Virus record (IMG/VR): IMGVR_UViG_3300031578_000056
Strand: one strand, 5' to 3'
Length of the DNA stretch: 50,563 nucleotides
DNA from: a virus
This document shows, piece by piece, positions 31,661 through 40,596 of the stretch (position 1 is the stretch's first letter; every line of letters starts with the position of its first letter). A program made the position numbers and the translations under genes. A model generated the notes under the pieces. The model was not told the origin of the DNA, did not search any database, and worked only from the letters and a program-made list of their open reading frames with translations.

Positions 31661-33861
31661 TCTTGATTATGTTGTCTGTAAAGCTTATAACCCTTTTTTA
31701 ATGAGTTCTTTACTCTATGAGGTTTGTATTGCATCTTGTTTTTAATGAAAATATCCTTTATCTCATACTTATTCGGCCTCAACATTGTATTTGTATTAAA
31801 AAATGTCAAAACATCACCCTGATTCAAAACAACCTCAATATTAAAATCGTTCGATTCCTCTAATTTAAAAACATCAAAGAATTTTTCTTCGAATGGATCA
31901 ACTGTTTTATATCTGTCTGTATTATCTTCCAAATAAGAAACATCCTCATCAGTGTAAATTTTCCATTCAAATCCATCTTTCAAAAGCTTATAAGCTTCTA
32001 GCCATATATTATCAGCTTTAATCGATTTAATGCCCTTAAAATCGATATGTGTACCATCTATCGGCAATATCCTCCTATTTCCCGTAACGTCTTTAAGTAT
32101 ATCAATATCGTTAGTGGTACCCCCCAGAATTGACCTTCTTCTAAATTTCTCAGATGTCCTTTTGTATGGCCTCCGTATCTCAACTATCTGAAGATCTGAA
32201 AGCGCTTTATATGCCTTTGCATCTTTTATAGCCATTCCCCCAAATTCCTCATCAACTAAAATCAAAGATTGCCCTAATTTAAGTTTAGAATCTTTATCCT
32301 CTCCATTTATCCTTTCTTCTAGGCAGTAGTTTTTAAGGCTATTCGGATATAATTCTCTGAAAAATTGAGTCTTTCCAGATCCTTGTTTTCCTGAAATTAC
32401 TAAAGTTAAAGGGCATGTATAAGGATCAGAATAGTCACAAGTCCAATTATGAACGGCACCAACAAGCCATTTTGTAAAAGCCCATTTATTGTAAGATTTA
32501 ACTTCTTCACTTTCTGTAAGTATGCAATCAATATATTTATCTATAAATCCTGTTTTTATATCATCAACATTTACATCAAAAAATGAGCTTACTGGATCAA
32601 AATTTCTAACAGCAGAAGAGCCAAGCACAATATTAATATCCTGCATAGTAACACCCCAATCAAAAACAGTATTACAATCTATATAAACATCATTTAAAAC
32701 ATTGTCAGAAACCTCTTTATCTGATTTAATATATGCCACATTGCGAATAGTATCAAAATAAGGATCATAAGAATCAATAATAAAATCACGGATCTGTAAA
32801 ACTTTAGGAACATCTTTATTTATTTCTTTTCCGTAATTCTTTGTAGAATTCCAAACCTGATCAATTATATTTTGCTCTTCTTTTGTTACAATAATACCCT
32901 TATTATTTAGGCTTTCAATAGTTGACTCAATAGATATTCCAGTCTTATCCTTATTTGCTTTCCCTGCAGTAGTTACATTTACAATTTGTTTTGTCCTATC
33001 GCTATAAATCTCAACACCTGCCTCTTTTGCGTAATAATAAAAAGTAGAAATACTTATACCACTATTTGAACGGCTGCAGCAAATATTGTACGTTTTTTCG
33101 GCATGTTTTGAATTATATTTACTTGAACAGCTTGCTATTGATTTAAAATAATCCATACCTCCGGCACCAAACTGCGAAGAAATAGCGCAGGCAATATTAA
33201 AATATTCCTCGTAAGATTCAGTAATATTAATTTTTCTCGAAGTGATCGAACGAACTATATCATCAAAATCAGTCTGTAAGAAAACACAATTTTCAATAAT
33301 AGGAGTAGGCTTTTCTTTCCGGCCAACATTCTTGTATTTTTGAGCTGAAGGATTAACAAAAATATCAGCATCATAAGAAATATATCGCAATCTTGTTTGG
33401 TCCTTGCAAGCCTGATCAATTCGAATATCGTAATTTTCGAAATAATACTCGGCCAATTCATTAAAACAAATCAGGAATGATCCTGGGTTAATTTTAACGA
33501 AAATACAAACACCATCACCGCCAACTGACCGATGTAAAATGAAAGTGTACTTATCACCTTTAAGAGTTTCAATTTGATCGCTATCAATATCCTCGTCAAT
33601 ATCAATAACAATTAATCCGTTCAACTTCTCTATGTTTGTTTTGCTTCTTCCGCTCGAATTCATCACTGCGGAACCAGTAATACAAGGAAGTTTACTTTTA
33701 AGTTTCTTATACTCATCTGGGAATCCGTTGTTTTTTGCTTCTCTTGCAGATTCTACCATAGAGCGAGTTTCTCCATTCTTAACTATCTCAATGTACTGAT
33801 CAATAGTCAAGTCCTGCACTTTGATCTTATCAAATGCAGTGCGATATTTACTTACTATCAT
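31642..33861 (-). CDS. Primase-helicase (BT4734-like N-terminal domain plus VirE/D5-type P-loop NTPase)
   Basis: 739 aa with Walker A ISGKQGSGKTQF and Walker B LILVDEEFGG. The N-terminal LPCITGSAVM...LNGLIVIDIDEDID resembles the BT4734 primase-like domain. Confidence 0.7.
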   Translation of the reverse strand: MIVSKYRTAFDKIKVQDLTIDQYIEIVKNGETRSMVESAREAKNNGFPDEYKKLKSKLPCITGSAVMNSSGRSKTNIEKLNGLIVIDIDEDIDSDQIETLKGDKYTFILHRSVGGDGVCIFVKINPGSFLICFNELAEYYFENYDIRIDQACKDQTRLRYISYDADIFVNPSAQKYKNVGRKEKPTPIIENCVFLQTDFDDIVRSITSRKINITESYEEYFNIACAISSQFGAGGMDYFKSIASCSSKYNSKHAEKTYNICCSRSNSGISISTFYYYAKEAGVEIYSDRTKQIVNVTTAGKANKDKTGISIESTIESLNNKGIIVTKEEQNIIDQVWNSTKNYGKEINKDVPKVLQIRDFIIDSYDPYFDTIRNVAYIKSDKEVSDNVLNDVYIDCNTVFDWGVTMQDINIVLGSSAVRNFDPVSSFFDVNVDDIKTGFIDKYIDCILTESEEVKSYNKWAFTKWLVGAVHNWTCDYSDPYTCPLTLVISGKQGSGKTQFFRELYPNSLKNYCLEERINGEDKDSKLKLGQSLILVDEEFGGMAIKDAKAYKALSDLQIVEIRRPYKRTSEKFRRRSILGGTTNDIDILKDVTGNRRILPIDGTHIDFKGIKSIKADNIWLEAYKLLKDGFEWKIYTDEDVSYLEDNTDRYKTVDPFEEKFFDVFKLEESNDFNIEVVLNQGDVLTFFNTNTMLRPNKYEIKDIFIKNKMQYKPHRVKNSLKKGYKLYRQHNQDDVLPF

Positions 33862-34001
33862 TCAGAAATATCTACAAATTTAACTCCATCGATTTCAATT
33901 GATTTGATTATCTGTAATTCAATTAATTTATACACCCATGCTGTAGATTTCTCTATTGACTTAGCATAGGTGCTTACTTTCACTAAATTTTCAAGACTCA
34001 T
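33858..34001 (-). CDS. Small HTH (Xis/AlpA-like) DNA-binding protein; internal start preferred
   Basis: MSLENLVKVSTYAKSIEKSTAWVYKLIELQIIKSIEIDGVKFV. The -7 box TATCTTTG (34032-34039) lies inside the longer ORF-track version. Confidence 0.5.
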   Translation of the reverse strand: MSLENLVKVSTYAKSIEKSTAWVYKLIELQIIKSIEIDGVKFVDISE

Positions 34002-34146
34002 AATATTTGGTTTATAGTTTAAAACTCTCAACAAAGATAACAAAAAAACAACACTTATTACATTTAAGTGCTATTATAATAATTAAAAAGAACCCTATCA
34101 GGTATAAAAAGCTATAATAGTAGCAATATTATATCATATCGGGTAT

Positions 34147-34187
34147 AAAAAACCAACATTAAGCATAAAATAACTACTTAATGTTGG
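34147..34187 (-). terminator. Rho-independent terminator (11-bp stem)
   Basis: ccaacattaag(34153-34163)/cttaatgttgg(34177-34187), followed by U6 on the minus strand. Confidence 0.75.
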
Positions 34188-34197
34188 CAAATACCAT

Positions 34198-35433
34198 CTA
34201 AAAGAACCTGGGTATCGTAACCGGGGTTACTGAATCATTTTCATTAAAAGTCTGTATCGAATAACCAGCACGGCCTTTTTGAAAATTAGTCTGCACCCAT
34301 TGACTTGGTGGTGCAAATGAACCGTGATTTAAATAATCGAAAATATCCGAAGTACAGTAATCATACAGGCACTGGTGACTATCACCCTTCGAAAATTCAA
34401 TATGTCCTGTTAATTTATTACTTAAGATATAGTTTGTAATTTTCTTCTCTCCAGGCTGATCTAGTTTAGGCTTAAATCCAAATTTTGAATCTTCCATATC
34501 TTTACCGTGCGATATTATTTTAGTATGTTTGCCGATGGTGTAATGATTTATAAACTTAGAATGGTTAACTACACTTACATTTGGGTATTTAACGCTTAAG
34601 ATAGCCTTAACACATGAATTAACCATATATCCAAAATCTCCGGCATGGTTGTCGTTGCAAATATTGTTGAAAATGATATGAGAGAATAGTTTGCTGGCAA
34701 TTAAAACATCACAAAGCAATATTTTAAAATGAACAGCGTTATCAAACATTTCTCTATTGTTCAAGTTTTGAGGTAAGTCGTGACCTTTGCGTACCGTCTG
34801 AGCATCCAACCCATCTACATTATCACCAAGCTCATCAATAATACATTTGGATGCGTTGTAGTCTTTACCAGAAGTAACTACATCGCATGCAAATTCTGTA
34901 ATTCTTGTTAATTGATCTTCATAAGTCCAAGTACCACCGTAAACAGAAATACCTTTTTTATCGGGGTCCATTCCAATATGCATATCTGTATAAATTCCAC
35001 GAATTACATTTGAAGATTTAGGTTTCGGAATGTCAATATTTAATTGAAGTGCTCCAATATTTTTATCGACAATAGTCTGAATAAATTCTTCAGTAATAAA
35101 ATCAACTTCTTCATCTTTCTCGTGAAAAGCGATGTTATAAAAAGGCGTTCCAGTGTGAGTTACAAGTTTATAAGATCTAATATCTGCCCTTGGTAGTCCG
35201 TAAAATTCACAATACTTATTGATGTCCATTATTTTACCCACCTCATCAATGGCAGATAACACTATCTTTTCAGTTTTATATTGATTTGTTTTTGTTTTGG
35301 TTACTATCTCGATATCTTCATCTACTACATGTGTAAAAGTTTTACCACAAACCTTACATCTAAATCTATTTTGTTTTAAATCCTTGTTAATACTTCTTCC
35401 GCCGCAGTATGGGCAATTTGGTTTTTTAGTCAT
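34198..35433 (-). CDS. Zinc-ribbon plus calcineurin-like metallophosphoesterase
   Basis: N-terminal CPYCGG...CKVCG, then IYTDMHIGMD, ELGDNVDG, CNDNHAGD and ISHGKD, which resemble the DxH/GD/GNH(D/E)/GH phosphoesterase motifs. Confidence 0.45.
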   Translation of the reverse strand: MTKKPNCPYCGGRSINKDLKQNRFRCKVCGKTFTHVVDEDIEIVTKTKTNQYKTEKIVLSAIDEVGKIMDINKYCEFYGLPRADIRSYKLVTHTGTPFYNIAFHEKDEEVDFITEEFIQTIVDKNIGALQLNIDIPKPKSSNVIRGIYTDMHIGMDPDKKGISVYGGTWTYEDQLTRITEFACDVVTSGKDYNASKCIIDELGDNVDGLDAQTVRKGHDLPQNLNNREMFDNAVHFKILLCDVLIASKLFSHIIFNNICNDNHAGDFGYMVNSCVKAILSVKYPNVSVVNHSKFINHYTIGKHTKIISHGKDMEDSKFGFKPKLDQPGEKKITNYILSNKLTGHIEFSKGDSHQCLYDYCTSDIFDYLNHGSFAPPSQWVQTNFQKGRAGYSIQTFNENDSVTPVTIPRFF

Positions 35434-35645
35434 TTTGATTTTATATTAAGTAAATACTTCTCATGCTTATCTGATCTAATCATAAAGTGTTTAATCAGTA
35501 TCCATGATATTTCTTTGTTCATGAAGCTATTATCATTCATCCTCCTATTACATGAGCTATAAGATAAGTTCAATAATTGTACAAGGTAATTAATGCCTAA
35601 TCCTTTTCGGTTTAGGTCTGCTTTTAAGTGTTGTGCGAAGGTCAT
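35430..35645 (-). CDS. Small putative DNA-binding protein
   Basis: 71 aa. GINYLVQLLNLSYSSCNRRMN is HTH-like. Confidence 0.35.
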   Translation of the reverse strand: MTFAQHLKADLNRKGLGINYLVQLLNLSYSSCNRRMNDNSFMNKEISWILIKHFMIRSDKHEKYLLNIKSK

Positions 35646-35649
35646 ATTT

Positions 35650-36612
35650 TTAAAATAAACTTGGTTGTTGAAAATTACATCTTTGATTTGCCATATCTAC
35701 ATACTTTTTTTCTATGTCGTATCCTATATAGTTACGGCCTTCTTTTTTACTCATTGCGCATTCGGTACCAGAACCAGCGAAAGGAACAAATACTAAATCA
35801 TTTGGTCTGCTACATGTTAAAATTAGTGCTCTTGTTATGGTTTCAGGCTTTACGGTATCGTGATCATATTTAGCACCCGTTTTGGTTGCTTCATTTTTAA
35901 AGTTTAAAATCTCCTGTAATCTAAATTGATTATTAAAAGGTCTGCGTAAATGTTCGTATTCTTTGCGTAGTTCTTCGTATTCTTTGCGTAGTTCTTCGTA
36001 TTCTTTGCTGAAAAAACCTCTTTTTTGCAGCATCGTATATTTTTCTTTGGTAGGAAAAACAAACCTATCCCTTTTTTTACCGAACAATTCGCCAGCTAAA
36101 TTTGCCCCAGTTGTTGCTAACCCCATTAGTTGATTAGCTGTTTTTAAAGTAAGTCCACTTTTTTCGTATTCCTCCCAAAAATAAAACTTTATAGGTTTGT
36201 AGTGTTTTCCTGTCAAATCTTCTTGCTCTAATCCATACATCAAAATCCTTTCTGTACATGGCGCAAAACTTCTCAATCCTTCGCTTTCTTCTAACCCCAT
36301 AAATGATCCTTTATTCCAAGCTAAATTGTTTATAATATTAAAATGTTTGTCAAGTATAATCTGAGCATAAGCGATTTTTTTAGATGAACCATACCAAAAA
36401 AGCGTACCATTATCAGCCAACAACCTTTTACACTCAATAGCCCATTTTTCAACATCCTTTAAATAATCATCGAAAGACTTCCAAATGAAATCAAAATCAC
36501 CTTTAACCTGAAAATAAGGTGGATCTGCTATAAGTAACTGAACCGATTTATTTGGTAGCGTATTATCTAAAAAGTTTTTGTGATGTACTTTGTTTATTTG
36601 ATCATCTGTCAT
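35650..36612 (-). CDS. DNA methyltransferase (N6-adenine/N4-cytosine, beta class)
   Basis: LLIADPPYF (motif IV) precedes FVPFAGSGTE (motif I). No cognate nuclease is adjacent. Confidence 0.85.
   Translation of the reverse strand: MTDDQINKVHHKNFLDNTLPNKSVQLLIADPPYFQVKGDFDFIWKSFDDYLKDVEKWAIECKRLLADNGTLFWYGSSKKIAYAQIILDKHFNIINNLAWNKGSFMGLEESEGLRSFAPCTERILMYGLEQEDLTGKHYKPIKFYFWEEYEKSGLTLKTANQLMGLATTGANLAGELFGKKRDRFVFPTKEKYTMLQKRGFFSKEYEELRKEYEELRKEYEHLRRPFNNQFRLQEILNFKNEATKTGAKYDHDTVKPETITRALILTCSRPNDLVFVPFAGSGTECAMSKKEGRNYIGYDIEKKYVDMANQRCNFQQPSLF
35953..36008. repeat. In-frame 21-bp tandem repeat (about 2.7 copies) inside the methyltransferase
   Basis: ttcgtattctttgcgtagttc twice plus a partial copy, encoding EYEELRKEYEELRKEYEHLR. 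Confidence 0.9.
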
Positions 36613-36872
36613 AACCTAACATGTTTTTTAATTCGTTCCTCAAACTCAATTCTCTCATTATCTTTTTTAATAGCATTACATATAGCACTATGATCTGAAA
36701 ATCCGAAAAAATCTGCTATCGATCGAACGGTAAATCCAAGTTTTCTAAGCTTATTTATTATTTCAAATCTAACAATAGTCACCTCTGGCTTTCTCGTTTT
36801 TTGCATGATAAAATTTAATTTATCTATGTCGCTGTTGCATAATTCAAATGCATGTTGTTCAATTGTTTTCAT
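36609..36872 (-). CDS. DnaA domain IV-like HTH protein
   Basis: TRKPEVTIVRFEIINKLRKLGFTVRSIADFFGFSDHSAICNAIKK resembles the DnaA C-terminal DNA-binding domain. Confidence 0.5.
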   Translation of the reverse strand: MKTIEQHAFELCNSDIDKLNFIMQKTRKPEVTIVRFEIINKLRKLGFTVRSIADFFGFSDHSAICNAIKKDNERIEFEERIKKHVRL

Positions 36873-37006
36873 TCTTCTACAATTTTAATCTCAACACCGT
36901 CTAACATTGACATTGGCATTAAGATGTGTTTAACTTTCTCTTTATCATCTGGAATATAAGCATCCCAGGACTCATCAAATTCGATTTCTAATAATATTTT
37001 TTTCAT
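36869..37006 (-). CDS. Hypothetical acidic mini-protein (45 aa)
   Basis: MKKILLEIEFDESWDAYIPDDKEKVKHILMPMSMLDGVEIKIVEE, with an ATGA overlap to the next gene. Confidence 0.4.
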   Translation of the reverse strand: MKKILLEIEFDESWDAYIPDDKEKVKHILMPMSMLDGVEIKIVEE

Positions 37007-37041
37007 TCTGTATGATTTAATTTAAAACAAATATACTAATA

Positions 37042-38502
37042 TTATTTATAACCATCAAGTAATCTATAAATATATGGCCATTTATAATTTTTATTTTTCA
37101 TATACTCCTTAAACGCATCCTCACCCAACTTAAAAAAGATAGTCCGGAATACCCATGGCTTAGTGTATTTTTTCACGCGAGCAAGCATCTCAATATCTTC
37201 AACGGTTTGAAATTCTTCGACTGCTTCTTTGTATTGTTTGCCGTGGAATGTTTGCTCAACTAATTCAACCTCTTTTTGCTTCTGTGATTTCGGGAAAACA
37301 TATCCACAATAAGGACAAATCATTGCAGAAGCTAAAACCAAACAGCCACAATCAATGCCTTTACACTCCTTATAAGCTGCCACTCCTCCACCTTTCGACT
37401 CTTCATGTGATAATGAATATTCCCTGGGTGCTCGATAATGGCCTAATCTTTCAGCATTGGATCCAAAATCTAAAATATTGAAATGATCTTTGTTTGGGTT
37501 CGGTCTGGAGCCCCTGCCAATCATCTGTAAAAATAAATTATCTGAAGATGTTGCCCTATTAATTATAATCGTTTCTATTGGTTTATGATTAAAGCCTGAG
37601 GTTAAAATTCCGGCATTGATTAAAACTAAAAACTTTCGATCTTTCCAGTCTTGGATAATTTGCGCACGATTCCCGGAGTAAATAGAATATCCACTTTTAT
37701 AAGCTTCATATTCTTTGGTCTTAATTTCGTACTTGGTCCAATCTGCTTTATTATCAGATTTTGGTAATTTAGGTTTTGGCGGTTCCGATGAAATGAATTT
37801 TGCAGTAACCCCATTCTGATTAAAAACTTTGGCAGTTTGCAGACAATGTTGAATATTCACACAAAAGCAAAGTGTAAGTGTACCATGCGTAAATTTCGAC
37901 CAGTTATTAATTACACCTAAATAAAGCTCCGGCGAATTATAACGCTCATACATTTCTGAAGTAGAGAAATCACCACCTGATTTGCTTATCCCGGACATAT
38001 CAATTGGTACACCCCAATATTTATCAGGAAGCAAAAACCCCATTTTAATCAATTGCTGAGTGTCTGGACCTAAAATCATATCCTCATATTCGCTCGAAAG
38101 TTGATGCTGCTTATTCATTCGTTTTGGCGTGGCCGTAAAACCTAGAACAAACTGATTTTCAATAGCTTTATGAATATGGAAGAAGTCTTCAAGATGTGAT
38201 TCGTCGATTATTACCAATGAAAAAGAATTAAACCACTCCAACCATTCAGGGTTTTTAAGTCTGTTTTTCAAGGTCCCAGTCATTGCTACAGCGCACATAA
38301 ATGAGTCGTTAGGCTTTTTTGTTTTAGATGTTACTATGAAAGGAGTAATTCCAAACTCTTCAAGCGTCCCGCCTGTTTCGGTTAGTAGCTCAACTCTATG
38401 AGTGATTATTAAAACTTTTTTGTTTTTGAAGTTTGTATTCTGAGCTATCCATGAAAAAATTACGGTTTTTCCATTCATCCTCCCCCTGTGGGTAGTTGGC
38501 AA
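37042..38502 (-). CDS. SF2 (DExH) helicase, main part; N-terminus in another frame
   Basis: VIIDESHLE (motif II), GFTATP (III), QMIGRGSR (VI) and a C-terminal Cys4 ribbon. The track start is a TTG, and the GKT of motif I sits at residues 11-13. Confidence 0.85.
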   Translation of the reverse strand: MPTTHRGRMNGKTVIFSWIAQNTNFKNKKVLIITHRVELLTETGGTLEEFGITPFIVTSKTKKPNDSFMCAVAMTGTLKNRLKNPEWLEWFNSFSLVIIDESHLEDFFHIHKAIENQFVLGFTATPKRMNKQHQLSSEYEDMILGPDTQQLIKMGFLLPDKYWGVPIDMSGISKSGGDFSTSEMYERYNSPELYLGVINNWSKFTHGTLTLCFCVNIQHCLQTAKVFNQNGVTAKFISSEPPKPKLPKSDNKADWTKYEIKTKEYEAYKSGYSIYSGNRAQIIQDWKDRKFLVLINAGILTSGFNHKPIETIIINRATSSDNLFLQMIGRGSRPNPNKDHFNILDFGSNAERLGHYRAPREYSLSHEESKGGGVAAYKECKGIDCGCLVLASAMICPYCGYVFPKSQKQKEVELVEQTFHGKQYKEAVEEFQTVEDIEMLARVKKYTKPWVFRTIFFKLGEDAFKEYMKNKNYKWPYIYRLLDGYK

Positions 38503-38585
38503 AGTACTTTCTTTTTACCAGCTTTCCACAAGGGGAGAATAGCTTCTATTAGTTCGTTTTGGTATGGTCTTAATTTTATTCCCAT
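38475..38585 (-). CDS. Helicase N-terminal fragment (36 aa) ending inside Walker A
   Basis: MGIKLRPYQNELIEAILPLWKAGKKKVLCQLPTGGG*. It is in the +1 frame relative to 37042..38502 (the main ORF is -1 relative to it). The G5 run (38482-38486) lies at the junction. Confidence 0.65.
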   Translation of the reverse strand: MGIKLRPYQNELIEAILPLWKAGKKKVLCQLPTGGG

Positions 38586-38589
38586 TTCA

Positions 38590-38763
38590 TTAATATTTAC
38601 TTGTAAAAATTAACACCTCAATCGCATCATCTCCATGATATGTAATCGATCCACCTTGCTTTAATTTCAATACAGTTTTCCGTTCGCCGTTTGTGGTCGT
38701 GATAACTTCTTCTAACTTATCTGATTTGATAAGATTCTTAACTTCTTCTAGTATTTTTTTCAT
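38590..38763 (-). CDS. Hypothetical protein (57 aa)
   Basis: MKKILEEVKNLIKSDKLEEVITTTNGERKTVLKLKQGGSITYHGDDAIEVLIFTSKY. Confidence 0.4.
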   Translation of the reverse strand: MKKILEEVKNLIKSDKLEEVITTTNGERKTVLKLKQGGSITYHGDDAIEVLIFTSKY

Positions 38764-38815
38764 TACTTTGATTTTTTAATTCACCACTAAGTTAAACAAA
38801 TTTATTAATATACAC

Positions 38816-38845
38816 AAAAAGCATCCCTATAAAAGAGATGCTTTT
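38816..38845 (-). terminator. Hairpin terminator after the SSB gene
   Basis: aaaagcatc(38817-38825)/gatgctttt(38837-38845). Confidence 0.65.
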
Positions 38846-38868
38846 AAATGTGTTATAAAACAGATTAG

Positions 38869-39240
38869 TTAAAAAGGTAAACTGTCGTCTTCATCACCTG
38901 GCGCATCTGCTTTAAATTCCTCAACATTATTTGCCGGTGGAGTCTGAGCAGAAACAACCTTCTCAATTCTCCAGGCTTCAAGATTTGAAAAGTAATTTAC
39001 CTTTCCTTCTTTTTCCCATTTACGACCACGAACATTAAAAGAAACTTTAATTTCTTCATTCAAAGAAATTGCATCTAATAAATCGCAACGATCTTGAGTT
39101 AGCTGAAATTTAATGAAGTCATTCCATTCAGAATTACGTTCATTTTCAACCTCAATAACAAATTCTCTTTTCTTAAACTTATCACTAATTGATACAGTTT
39201 CTTCTTTTACAATTACTTTACCGTTAATTTCGAAATTCAT
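38869..39240 (-). CDS. Single-stranded DNA-binding protein, DUF3127 type
   Basis: OB-like N-terminus (MNFEINGKVI...REFVIEV...FQL) and an acidic C-terminal tip DEDDSLPF like the SSB DDDIPF tail. Confidence 0.6.
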   Translation of the reverse strand: MNFEINGKVIVKEETVSISDKFKKREFVIEVENERNSEWNDFIKFQLTQDRCDLLDAISLNEEIKVSFNVRGRKWEKEGKVNYFSNLEAWRIEKVVSAQTPPANNVEEFKADAPGDEDDSLPF

Positions 39241-39244
39241 ATTT

Positions 39245-39352
39245 TTATTTATTTACTTGATTACACATTGGACAACTTAAATACATTCTAGCATCATAAT
39301 AATGACCGCATGAATTGCATACTATATATGCTTCGTGATTATTCTCTTTCAT
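39245..39352 (-). CDS. Zinc-ribbon mini-protein (35 aa)
   Basis: MKENNHEAYIVCNSCGHYYDARMYLSCPMCNQVNK. Overlaps the exonuclease stop by 14 nt. Confidence 0.35.
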   Translation of the reverse strand: MKENNHEAYIVCNSCGHYYDARMYLSCPMCNQVNK

Positions 39353-40037
39353 TTAGGATGGTTTCGATGTTATCTATTTTATAATTTGCAGGATCCTCAA
39401 TGCATTTTTTTACTACATAAATTCCATCTTTAATCCTTGCAATAAGTTTCTCGATGTTGGCTAAATGATCTTTTCTGAACATTTTAACAATATGTCCTTC
39501 ATCATTATACCCATCGAAAATCACCCACCATAATTCTTTAGCTTCAGGAGTTCCGATCATGTGAGCGATGAACTGCCAGTAATATTCATGCTTATCATGA
39601 ATATCTGTTTCTTCGCGTAGCTTTTCGATTTTAACCTGATCTACAGGGCATTTAATTTCTACAACAACTTTTACAGATCCATCAGTATTTAAAATAAAAG
39701 CATCCGGCGAATCTCCAAACCCTTCAAATGGTTGCTGAAAAACAATCTGATCGAAATCAGATTCGCAAGATTTAACCTCATCCATTGTTTGGGCTCTCAA
39801 CCATTCGACTGCATTTGGTTCTTGTTCGTGTCCCCATTTAAATTGAAACAGATCTTTTTGTTCTAATTGCAAACCAGTTCTATGCTGATATTTAGCAGCA
39901 AACAAAACATCCTTTGCAGACTCACCCCAATCAACTCCTTTAGCTCTACCGCCTTTCATTAAGTTAGGACAAACACTTGCAGTTGCGTAGCATTCAGCAC
40001 GTTTATTCATCCAAATTTGTTCTCTAGTTAACTCCAT
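39339..40037 (-). CDS. YqaJ/lambda Exo-like recombination exonuclease
   Basis: GHEQEPNAVEWL... and GDSPDAFILNTDGSVKVVVEIKCP fit the PD-(D/E)xK pattern of YqaJ viral recombinases. Confidence 0.75.
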   Translation of the reverse strand: MELTREQIWMNKRAECYATASVCPNLMKGGRAKGVDWGESAKDVLFAAKYQHRTGLQLEQKDLFQFKWGHEQEPNAVEWLRAQTMDEVKSCESDFDQIVFQQPFEGFGDSPDAFILNTDGSVKVVVEIKCPVDQVKIEKLREETDIHDKHEYYWQFIAHMIGTPEAKELWWVIFDGYNDEGHIVKMFRKDHLANIEKLIARIKDGIYVVKKCIEDPANYKIDNIETILNERE

Positions 40038-40524
40038 CTTTTTTAATCGATTTTAATTCAGTTATTAATTCGTTTGAAATTGTATATTTTCCGGTAACCT
40101 TTAAAATGTCACCACCTCCTTTAAGGAAATCTACAACACTTTGATAAGCGTTATGTGTTTTCGTTAATACGGGTGGTTTCGGCTTCTCTTTTCTGATTCT
40201 AAGCGCATCAACCACATCACCGAAAGCCTTTATTCCTGATTGAATGTAGATAGTAATTTGCTTTCCTGCCCAATCTTCAATATATGGAGTACCATACATT
40301 TTTTCGATAGTCTTACAATTGGTACGATTCAAAATCATAGGCTTTATCCAATCTTCTTTTTCTTTAAAGTAGCAGATAAAACATTCCTGTTTTTTGCCAT
40401 CTCCACCAGTTACCAATTCTTTTTTTGTAGCGGCCATTGTTAGCACTACTTCATTTCCATCTTTCAAACTATAACTACCTAAATAGTCGTAGTTAAATTG
40501 CTTTTTCCAATGAGTCTTTTCCAT
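40024..40524 (-). CDS. Hypothetical protein in the annealase position of the recombination module
   Basis: 166 aa, overlaps the exonuclease start. Motif ...ILNRTNCKTIEKMYGTPYIEDWAGKQITIYIQSGIKAFGDVVDALRIR... Confidence 0.5.
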   Translation of the reverse strand: MEKTHWKKQFNYDYLGSYSLKDGNEVVLTMAATKKELVTGGDGKKQECFICYFKEKEDWIKPMILNRTNCKTIEKMYGTPYIEDWAGKQITIYIQSGIKAFGDVVDALRIRKEKPKPPVLTKTHNAYQSVVDFLKGGGDILKVTGKYTISNELITELKSIKKDGVN

Positions 40525-40596
40525 TTTCTTTGATTATTAATTTAAAACAAAGTTATTAAAATAATCGGATAAACCAAAGCCTACCCGATTAAATTT

